Assembly: GCA_965243395.1 (NCBI GenBank)
Contig: CBDEUS010000002.1
Location: 800,001 to 864,000, forward strand
Length of the DNA stretch: 64,000 nucleotides
Reading direction: 5' to 3'
Origin: Gammaproteobacteria bacterium
Lineage (GTDB): Bacteria; Pseudomonadota; Gammaproteobacteria; UBA4575
Made by a program: the position numbers and the translations under genes. The notes below the pieces were generated by a model that worked only from the letters and a program-made list of their open reading frames with translations, was not told the origin of the DNA and did no database searches. This document shows positions 36,595 through 44,665 of the stretch, piece after piece (position 1 is the first letter of the stretch; every line of letters begins with the position of its first letter).

Positions 36595-36974
36595 AACCCT
36601 CTACTGGTAATAATCACTTTCTACCTTTTTTAAGTTTGTTTACAAGTGCGGGCACATTAATTTGTTGTGCATTACCGGCCCTATTAGTCACGATAGGCGC
36701 AGGAGCTGCTTTAGCTGGGCTAGTTTCTACGGTACCGCAGCTAATATGGCTGTCTACGTATAAAATAGAAGTGTTTGCAATTGCAGGATTATTGTTGCTC
36801 GCGACAGGCTTTATTCAGTGGAAAATGAGAAACGCGCCTTGCCCGGTAGATCCGGACTTAGCAGCATCTTGTATGAGGATGAGAAGCATAAACAAATGGG
36901 TGTTTATGCTATCTCTCTTTATCTATGCTGTGGGGTTCTTTTTTGCTTTTTTAGCTGTAAAAGTTTTAAGTTAG
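36591..36974 (+). CDS. MerT/MerF-like metal transport membrane protein
   Basis: TM1 LICCALP Cys pair; cytoplasmic PCPVDPDLAASC; ATGA overlap with HMA gene. Confidence 0.8.
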   Translation: MKPSTGNNHFLPFLSLFTSAGTLICCALPALLVTIGAGAALAGLVSTVPQLIWLSTYKIEVFAIAGLLLLATGFIQWKMRNAPCPVDPDLAASCMRMRSINKWVFMLSLFIYAVGFFFAFLAVKVLS

Positions 36975-37169
36975 TTACTTTTTCCAGCTGTCAAAATTAC
37001 TGTCATTTTTTTCCTGGCCGTCTTCATACCCTGCGGTGTAGGCATCCGTAACACGTTGTTCTTCACGCTCAGGATGACCTAAGTAGCCCCCTTGCCAGCC
37101 AAGAATATATTCTGGGTCAACATCAGCAGCTTCCATTTTAGTTACCGCATCTCGATAAGCTTGGTCCAT
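36975..37169 (-). CDS. Alvin_2107-like sulfur-globule oxidation protein
   Basis: YILGWQGGYLGHPEREEQRVTDAYTAGYEDG; AGGAG RBS (family recognised from memory). Confidence 0.78.
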   Translation of the reverse strand: MDQAYRDAVTKMEAADVDPEYILGWQGGYLGHPEREEQRVTDAYTAGYEDGQEKNDSNFDSWKK

Positions 37170-37198
37170 GATTGTCTCCTTATTATTGAATTCTAAGT

Positions 37199-38335
37199 TT
37201 AATGTAATTGGTTTTTTTGAAAATGATTGAATGCTTTGCCAGAGTCTAGAACATCTCTTACTTTTTTTGCAGATGCCTGCAAATCTTCTTCGATGCCTTT
37301 GTGTGTAAGCATAATGGCAGAGGAATAAATTAAACTATCTCGTGCAGGCCCTTGTTCACCTTGCAATGCTGCAACCCCTACTTTTGCTGCTTCTGCAGCA
37401 AGTTGATCGGTATCAATTTTCGCAGCCGTCTCATCACCTTGAACTTTAGCAGTGTTTAAATCAGGCAAAGGTACTGCTCGAACGTCCTGTTGAATACTTA
37501 TTTGATCAGGATGGATCTCAACTTCTAAAAGTTCATTCTTGTTTTTATATTCAAAGTATTTCGATTCTTGTTTTAAAGAAGGAATTACACCTCCTTCGAC
37601 TCCACGTACCAACACAGCAGAATCGAATCCAGAAAGTTTTGCCAAATGTTCATAGACAGGGGGATAAGGTTTGTGAACATATCCTGTCATTAAAGTTGTA
37701 GATTTTTTTCCTCGCACGGGTCCGATTAAAACTTCAACGGTAGTTATTACAGGACGTTTAACAATTTGAGTGCGCAAAGGAATTAAATTATGCAATGCTG
37801 GGCAAATCGTTTTTTGGTCTAAATATGCCCATCCAACTTCAGGATTATTAATTTGTGTTAATGCTTGTTGCATATCAAAATCCACATTAATTCCCGCAGC
37901 GCGTAACACTTTTCTATGAGTAGCACCATATTTTGGCCCAACAGCTTCCGCACCATGTGACACAGAAGGTAAATCGCATGCTGCAAGTACAGCGGGTATA
38001 AATGGTGAAACAGGTAGGCCGCGAGTGTAGCCATCATAGGGGTCTGCAACATCTATTACATGATCGACGTCTGCCGTTACGATATTAGATGTATCAATAA
38101 TTGCTTGTAACGAGCCACCATTTTCATCCAAAGTTTCGCGTTTCATGCGCAAGGCAATTAAAAAGATTCCTGCTTGCACTGGATCGGCTGAGCCATTCAA
38201 GATATGGCTCATCGCATCTCGTGCTTCTTCAAACGAGATGTCTTTACTGTATTCTGGTCCAGTTGCTACACGTTGTATATAAGAACGCATGGCAAGTTTG
38301 GCATCCGGGTTAATTTCTTGTGCTGCTGCTGACAT
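37199..38335 (-). CDS. Anthranilate phosphoribosyltransferase-like (TrpD/YbiB-like) protein
   Basis: RVATGPEYSKD, FLIALRMKRET, DPYDGY, SHG...GPKYG, GYVHKPY, RGVEGG. Confidence 0.82.
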   Translation of the reverse strand: MSAAAQEINPDAKLAMRSYIQRVATGPEYSKDISFEEARDAMSHILNGSADPVQAGIFLIALRMKRETLDENGGSLQAIIDTSNIVTADVDHVIDVADPYDGYTRGLPVSPFIPAVLAACDLPSVSHGAEAVGPKYGATHRKVLRAAGINVDFDMQQALTQINNPEVGWAYLDQKTICPALHNLIPLRTQIVKRPVITTVEVLIGPVRGKKSTTLMTGYVHKPYPPVYEHLAKLSGFDSAVLVRGVEGGVIPSLKQESKYFEYKNKNELLEVEIHPDQISIQQDVRAVPLPDLNTAKVQGDETAAKIDTDQLAAEAAKVGVAALQGEQGPARDSLIYSSAIMLTHKGIEEDLQASAKKVRDVLDSGKAFNHFQKNQLH

Positions 38336-38546
38336 GAATCGAATAATGCCACTTTAGATGAGATCTGGCAGGATACAAAAGGTGGTATTTGCCTCAATAT
38401 ATCCCTATCGAGAGAACAATTTTTAATTTATTTCTAATAATCCCTTACTTGTACTGATTATATTAAGGGTTATTCGTTCTAATTCGGCGATTCGCGTATC
38501 ATCATTATTACTGAATTATCCTTAATGACCGAAATATGGAGTCCCT

Positions 38547-38990
38547 ATGTCTGCACAAGATGAAATGGATTTTAATAGTGGCATGATGGCTTTTGAAGCC
38601 AAACACTTTTCCCGTGCTATGCAAATTCTTTCCCCAATTGCAGAAAAAGGTAATACAGATGCTATGCATCGATGTGCCATCATGTATCAAAATGGACTTG
38701 GGGTTGCGGTTAATAAAGAAGCAGCTTTTAAGTGGATGCAAAAAGCTGCAGAAATGGGGCATGAGCTTGCACAACATGGCTTAGGGTTTATGTACATGGA
38801 AGGAGATTGCGCCGAGCAAAATGGTGAGCTCGCTGTGAAGTGGTTTACTGCGGCAGCCGAACAAGGCTTACAGGGCTCACAAACTACTCTTGCTATGATG
38901 TATGAGCAAGGTACTGCCGGAATACCAAAAGATCCTGAAAAAGCAAAACAATGGTATTCCAAAGCCGGTTTTTCACCAGAAGAGATTTAG
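38547..38990 (+). CDS. Sel1-repeat protein
   Basis: Three SLR repeats (AFKWMQKAAEMG, AVKWFTAAAEQG, AKQWYSKAG). Confidence 0.92.
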   Translation: MSAQDEMDFNSGMMAFEAKHFSRAMQILSPIAEKGNTDAMHRCAIMYQNGLGVAVNKEAAFKWMQKAAEMGHELAQHGLGFMYMEGDCAEQNGELAVKWFTAAAEQGLQGSQTTLAMMYEQGTAGIPKDPEKAKQWYSKAGFSPEEI

Positions 38991-39036
38991 AAAGAAGAGA
39001 TATAAAAGAAGAGATTCAAAAGAAAAAATATAAGAT

Positions 39037-40086
39037 ATGCGTCCTGCTCATTTGTTAACAGTTTTAGAAAAAGAATTTCAAGGTGCTGCTTCAGGACATC
39101 ACACCCCAGTGATGTTGTGGGGGCCTCCCGGTGTAGGAAAATCGCAAATGGTTTCTCAGGTTGCGCAAAAAAACAATGTAGAAGTGATTGATATTCGATT
39201 ATCACAAATGGAACCAAGTGATCTAAGAGGTATACCTTTCAGAGAAAATGGTTCTGTGGAATGGGCTATTCCTGCGATGTTGCCAAATGAAGAACGTCAC
39301 GGCAAAAATGGAATTTTATTTTTAGATGAAATCACTTCAGCTGCACCAAGTGTTTCTGCAGCTGCTTATCAACTAATTCTTGACCGTCGGCTCGGTCAAT
39401 ATCTTGTTCCCCAAGGTTGGGCAATATTTGCTGCAGGTAATCGACAGGGGGATCGCGGAGTTACTTATACGATGCCTGCACCCCTGGCAAACCGATTTTC
39501 ACATTTTGAAGTGGATTTAAATTTAGATGATTGGGTTGCGTGGGCATATTCAAATAATATTGATGAACGAATCATTGCGTTTTTGCGTTTTCGACCCGAC
39601 TTATTATTTGATTTTGATCCTGCGCATAATCCTGTTGCATTTCCTTCACCCCGTTCCTGGGAATTTGCACACCGTGCGCTACAAAAATTTTCTGAGCGCC
39701 CCGATTTATTAACTGGTGCGTTACAAGCTTGTGTAGGTCCTGCTGCAGGTGTTGAATTAAACGCATTTATTTCTAATCTTGACCAAATGCCAGATCTCGA
39801 AGCGATTGTACGAGGTGAAGAAATAGCAGCTCCACAAGAAATTGATTTGCAGTATGCCGTTGCATCGGCATTAGTAGGTCACGCGATCAGGGCAAAAAAA
39901 TCTGATGATCCGTCTGTGGTGCAAGGCAATATCCTTAAATATGCAAATCAGTTTCCGCAACGTGAAATGGGTGTGATGATGGTTTCTGATATGCACAGAG
40001 CGATAGGTGAAGATTTATTTGGATTACCCGAGTTTGCAATTTGGGCAGATAAGATTGCAGATATCATGATTTTCGATCATGCCTGA
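39037..40086 (+). CDS. MoxR/AAA_5-like AAA+ ATPase
   Basis: GPPGVGKS Walker A, LFLDE Walker B, AAGNR, LANRF, SPRSW. Confidence 0.92.
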   Translation: MRPAHLLTVLEKEFQGAASGHHTPVMLWGPPGVGKSQMVSQVAQKNNVEVIDIRLSQMEPSDLRGIPFRENGSVEWAIPAMLPNEERHGKNGILFLDEITSAAPSVSAAAYQLILDRRLGQYLVPQGWAIFAAGNRQGDRGVTYTMPAPLANRFSHFEVDLNLDDWVAWAYSNNIDERIIAFLRFRPDLLFDFDPAHNPVAFPSPRSWEFAHRALQKFSERPDLLTGALQACVGPAAGVELNAFISNLDQMPDLEAIVRGEEIAAPQEIDLQYAVASALVGHAIRAKKSDDPSVVQGNILKYANQFPQREMGVMMVSDMHRAIGEDLFGLPEFAIWADKIADIMIFDHA

Positions 40087-40131
40087 TTAAAATAAACCAG
40101 AGCCACTTTGGTTTTATATGTTGTGCTCTAA

Positions 40132-41379
40132 ATGTCTAAATCTGATATTCAAAATAAACTTGCGGCGGCACGAACGCGATTAATTCTAGATAAACCTTTT
40201 TTAGGCGCATTAGTTTTGCGTCTTCCATTAGTTGCAGCTGATCCAACATGGTGTAAAGGTGCAACAACGGATGCTAAAAAGTTGTATTACAGCCAGGACT
40301 ATATTGACGCTCTTGATATTCAACAAACTCAATTTGTATTAGCTAAACAAGCATTGCACTGTGCACTTTCACATTTCGCACGCAGACAACATCGTATTAA
40401 ACATCGATGGGATTTAGCTTGCGACTACGCTGTAAACCCACTACTTATTAATGATGGGTTAAAAGCACCACCCGAAACACTGGTTGATGATGGGTATGAA
40501 GGTATGACTGCTGAGGAAATTTACCATTACATCGGTGATTTGGATAATGAGGATTCTGAATTTGATAAACAAGATGAGAATAATCAAGATGATGAACCTA
40601 ATCAAAACGGAGATGCGCAAAATTCTTCAAATGGTTCTGCCCAGCAATCTGAGTCACTATCATCAAGCTCATCAAATGATATAGATAATAATGAAGAAAA
40701 CGATAAACAAGAATTAGCACCGCAACCTGCAGAATTAAGTCCACAAGAGCAAGAAGAACTCTCTATTCAATGGCAACAACGCCTTGCAGGGGCTGCCCAA
40801 CAAGCAATGCAAGCAGGGAAAATGGGTGGTGCTATGCAACGTATGATTGATTTTATGTTGCAACCTAAGCTGCCATGGCGAATGTTATTGGCGCGCTATA
40901 TGACTGCAAGTGCACGCGATGATTACAGCTATGCTCGACCATCTTCGCGACGTGGTGATCCAGCTATTTTTCCAAGTTTACGCAGTGCACAAATTGATAT
41001 TGCGGTCGGAATCGATATTAGTGGTTCAGTGGATGACAAAGAAATGAGTGAGTTTCTCTCAGAAGTAAATGCGATCAAAGGTAATATGCGTGCCAGAATT
41101 ACATTATTGCCGTGTGATGCAAAACTTGCTGAAGGGGCACCATGGATATTTGAGCCTTGGGAAGAAATTAATTTACCGAAGTCTTTAAAGGGTGGGGGTG
41201 GAACAGATTTTTGTCCAGTATTTGAGTGGTTGGATTTTCAAGATCAAAATCCAGACTTGCTTGTATACTTTACAGATTGCAAAGGTTCTTTTCCTAAAGT
41301 TGTACCAAGTTATCCTGTGATCTGGTTAGTTAAAGGTAAAGATGATGTTCCATGGGGGCAAAGAGTTCAACTTAATTAG
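40132..41379 (+). CDS. DUF2201 metallopeptidase-like + VWA protein
   Basis: ATTD, ACDYAVN, DISGS MIDAS, GGGGTDF, YFTD; HExxH replaced by KQALH. Confidence 0.88.
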   Translation: MSKSDIQNKLAAARTRLILDKPFLGALVLRLPLVAADPTWCKGATTDAKKLYYSQDYIDALDIQQTQFVLAKQALHCALSHFARRQHRIKHRWDLACDYAVNPLLINDGLKAPPETLVDDGYEGMTAEEIYHYIGDLDNEDSEFDKQDENNQDDEPNQNGDAQNSSNGSAQQSESLSSSSSNDIDNNEENDKQELAPQPAELSPQEQEELSIQWQQRLAGAAQQAMQAGKMGGAMQRMIDFMLQPKLPWRMLLARYMTASARDDYSYARPSSRRGDPAIFPSLRSAQIDIAVGIDISGSVDDKEMSEFLSEVNAIKGNMRARITLLPCDAKLAEGAPWIFEPWEEINLPKSLKGGGGTDFCPVFEWLDFQDQNPDLLVYFTDCKGSFPKVVPSYPVIWLVKGKDDVPWGQRVQLN

Positions 41380-41434
41380 AGCTTCTTTTGTGATTTGATA
41401 ACGAAGCTTAAATGTTCACTAAAAATTATTAGCA

Positions 41435-42541
41435 ATGCAGCTCTCTAGTGAAGATCAATTGCGTCTGAATGTTTTGGTTGCTCAGCCATTGCAAGCTGTT
41501 CGTATTGATGAATCTCGAATGTGTGTGCATGTGTTATCGGAGAAAGGCGATGCAAGTGTGCAACTTAATCCTACTTGTAAAGATGAAAGATATATTCGTT
41601 TAGTACGCCAGTTTTTATCAACACATTATTTGGGCTCGCCTGGTGGCTATCCTGTTTTTTTACGTCGTTGGACGCGAATGGGGCAGGCGCGTGATGATAG
41701 TTTAGAAAAATTATTATTAATAGGAGAACCAGAAGCTGTAGCTGCAGTAGTACATGCCTCAGGATTAACGGACGAATTAGCTAGACGCGCGTGGTGGTCC
41801 AGTGCTACCGCTGAAAATGCTCGACGTATGCTAGAGAAAGAATGTGTTGTAAACGGTGAAATGGGAAAAGAACTAGCGCAATTTTTAATTGAGTTTTTAC
41901 CATTTGAGGAACAACAAAAATCAATTATTGATAGTGTTCGTCTGGTGCTACAGCCTGGTTTAATTAGCAATGAAGTGCGAGAAGAAATTTGGAAAAGGGG
42001 CAAGCGGAAAAATACTTACTATGTAGGATTTTTACAGCAAACCCCAAATGATTTGCCTATTGAAATGCCAGCACATAAACAATGGCAATTGCTAAACGAA
42101 AAATTACAGTCGGAAGTTAATCAGGGAAATGAAATTGCTGAACTATTGATTTTAGTGTTAAGCCCAAGCGGTCAGGCTTTTTTGCAAATTGCGGAGCTTG
42201 TTTTAAATAAACCTAATGACCAGGATGCCGTTGCAATAATACTGAACAGCATAGGACAGTATTTTAATAAGTTTAATGCTGGTCATTGCAAATGGCGTGA
42301 TATTCATGAGTTAGCAGCTTATGCGAATGACAGCTATCATACTCATGAAGAGGTTCGGAAGATTCTAGTAATAGATAATTCATTAGAATCTAAGCTAAAA
42401 GCATTATTCATTTTATCGATGATATCTGAAACACTCGTAGACCCAATTTTTGGTATGACTGATGCCATAGGTTCTGTGATGAGAAAAAAGATCCAGCATG
42501 TTGTAAATCCCATCACAGAAAATATGCAGTTGCTTAGATAA
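41435..42541 (+). CDS. dsrS: DsrS
   Basis: LSSEDQLRLNVL...RIDES...LGSPGGYPVFLRRWTRMGQ...GEPEAVAAV; 368 aa. Confidence 0.88.
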   Translation: MQLSSEDQLRLNVLVAQPLQAVRIDESRMCVHVLSEKGDASVQLNPTCKDERYIRLVRQFLSTHYLGSPGGYPVFLRRWTRMGQARDDSLEKLLLIGEPEAVAAVVHASGLTDELARRAWWSSATAENARRMLEKECVVNGEMGKELAQFLIEFLPFEEQQKSIIDSVRLVLQPGLISNEVREEIWKRGKRKNTYYVGFLQQTPNDLPIEMPAHKQWQLLNEKLQSEVNQGNEIAELLILVLSPSGQAFLQIAELVLNKPNDQDAVAIILNSIGQYFNKFNAGHCKWRDIHELAAYANDSYHTHEEVRKILVIDNSLESKLKALFILSMISETLVDPIFGMTDAIGSVMRKKIQHVVNPITENMQLLR

Positions 42542-42551
42542 AAATATACCC

Positions 42552-43985
42552 ATGGACTATTTGCCCCTATTTCTTGATATTAAAAATAAGCCTTGTTTGA
42601 TCGTTGGAGGAGGTGTCATAGCGGAGCGAAAAGTCTCCATTCTTTCACGTGCTCAAGCAAAAATTACCTTAATCGCACCAGAGATCACTCAGGAAATTCA
42701 ACATAAGTGCAATGAAAGCAAACTGGATTGGCAGCAAAAAGAATTTGAAGCAAATGATTTGCAAGACTTTCAAATTGTGATTGCAGCAACAGATAACCAC
42801 AAAGTAAATTTAGAAGTAGCAGAACTTTGTAGAAAGAAAAATATTTTAGTTAATACCGCTGACGATAGTAAAAATTGCGACTTTATATTGCCATCAATAA
42901 TTGATCGTTCTCCTGTTCAAATCGCTGTTTCAACAGGTGGCGCGTCTCCTGTGCTTGCAAGAATGTTGCGTACTAAATTAGAAAATTGCACGCCTGCATC
43001 TTATGGAAGCTTAGCTAAGCTCATCGAAGACAATCGCGTCAAAGTTAAAGAAAAATTATCTACTATTGATAAAAGAAGAAAGTTTTGGGAAAAAGTATTA
43101 CAAGGACCAATTGCAGAGTTGGTGTTTGCAAACCAATTAACTGCAGCTCAAAAATTATTAGAAGACACAATTAGTCAAGCTGATAATAACGAACTACCTC
43201 AAGGTGAAGTGTATTTAGTAGGTGCTGGGCCAGGAGACCCTGACCTTTTAACATTCCGAGCATTGCGCTTAATGCAACAGGCAGATGTTGTGGTTTATGA
43301 TCGTTTGGTGTCTCAAGAAATTATGGACTTAGTAAGAAAAGATGCTGAGCATATTTATGCAGGCAAAGAGCGCTCACAACACACACTACAACAAGAAACG
43401 ATAAATGAACTTTTGGTGCGTTTAGCTAAAGAGGGAAAACGGGTATTGCGGCTAAAGGGGGGCGATCCATTCATCTTTGGTCGTGGCGGAGAAGAAATTG
43501 CATCTCTTATAGACGAGAACATTCCATTTCAAATTGTTCCAGGTATTACCGCAGCTGTGGGTTGTGCGGCGTATGCAGGTATACCCTTAACACATCGTGA
43601 ATATTCTCAGGCAGCCATATTTGCTACGGGGCACCTTAAGGATGGTACCGTAGATTTGAATTGGGAAATGTTAGCTCATTCTAATCAGACTTTAGTTTTT
43701 TACATGGGCTTACATGGGCTTGAAATAATTTGTGATAATTTAGTAAAGCATGGTCTTAGTAGTGACACACCTGCTGCATTAGTGATGCAAGGTACGACTG
43801 AAAATCAAAGAAATATTATTGGAACTATTGAAACTCTACCAGGGCTTGTTGAAAGGCATGATGTTAAACCACCCACTTTGGTTATTATTGGTGAAGTTGT
43901 GAAACTTCATGAAAAGTTAAACTGGTTTAAACCAGAAGAAGATATAACCGCAGGAGCTGTGAAAGCATTTGGTGCAAAAACATAA
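42552..43985 (+). CDS. cysG: Siroheme synthase
   Basis: MDYLPLF, VGGG, STGGASPVLAR, LVGAGPGDPDLLT, RLKGGDPFIFGRGGEE. Confidence 0.97.
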   Translation: MDYLPLFLDIKNKPCLIVGGGVIAERKVSILSRAQAKITLIAPEITQEIQHKCNESKLDWQQKEFEANDLQDFQIVIAATDNHKVNLEVAELCRKKNILVNTADDSKNCDFILPSIIDRSPVQIAVSTGGASPVLARMLRTKLENCTPASYGSLAKLIEDNRVKVKEKLSTIDKRRKFWEKVLQGPIAELVFANQLTAAQKLLEDTISQADNNELPQGEVYLVGAGPGDPDLLTFRALRLMQQADVVVYDRLVSQEIMDLVRKDAEHIYAGKERSQHTLQQETINELLVRLAKEGKRVLRLKGGDPFIFGRGGEEIASLIDENIPFQIVPGITAAVGCAAYAGIPLTHREYSQAAIFATGHLKDGTVDLNWEMLAHSNQTLVFYMGLHGLEIICDNLVKHGLSSDTPAALVMQGTTENQRNIIGTIETLPGLVERHDVKPPTLVIIGEVVKLHEKLNWFKPEEDITAGAVKAFGAKT

Positions 43986-43994
43986 TTAAGTATT

Positions 43995-44654
43995 TTAATT
44001 ATCAGATATTGCACTTTCTTTTATATTAATTTTACCGTTCTTTACTTGAATAAAGCCATCTTGCTTTAAGTCGTGGATAACACGGCTTACTGTTTCGCGT
44101 GAAGAAGCTACAAGGTTGGCAATATCTTTGTGTGTTAATCCTTTTACAATCCTTCGTCCATCAATATTAATAGAATGATCCAGTAGCGCGCGTACAACCC
44201 TTCGATGAACATTATTAAGTGCAAAATTCTCTAAATCGTTTGTTAATTTTTTAATGGTTGTTGCCATGCTGAGCACAATTTTTTGTGCAGCTTTTGGGTT
44301 GTTACTGTAGAACTCGATAAAATCGTTTTTATTAATTATTAAGACTTTGCATTTGTTTTTTGCAAGAATACTAGCTGTTCTAGGGGTATTACAAAATAAT
44401 GCAAGCTCTCCAAATGTATCGCCTTCGTTAATTTCATTTAGTGTAACTTCTCTTCCCTGTTCGTTTTCTATATATACACGAACGCTGCCTTCTAAAATAA
44501 AATATACAGAAGTAGACTCATCACCTTCAGTCAAAATGATTGTGTTTTTTGCATAATTTTTAATACGCAATTTGTTTGATAAAGGCTCTAGTTCTTCCTT
44601 GGAAAACTCTAGAAAAAAGGGTATTTGTTGGAGAGCATTTAATTTAGTATTCAT
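43995..44654 (-). CDS. CRP/FNR-family cNMP-binding regulator
   Basis: FGELAL...PRTAS cNMP pocket; LTHKDIANLVASSRETVSR CRP-type HTH. Confidence 0.93.
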   Translation of the reverse strand: MNTKLNALQQIPFFLEFSKEELEPLSNKLRIKNYAKNTIILTEGDESTSVYFILEGSVRVYIENEQGREVTLNEINEGDTFGELALFCNTPRTASILAKNKCKVLIINKNDFIEFYSNNPKAAQKIVLSMATTIKKLTNDLENFALNNVHRRVVRALLDHSINIDGRRIVKGLTHKDIANLVASSRETVSRVIHDLKQDGFIQVKNGKINIKESAISDN

Positions 44655-44665
44655 AATTCGAATTC

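Noticed and set aside
30660-36974. Prophage or transposon
   Set aside because: No integrase, transposase, structural genes or att-like repeats visible
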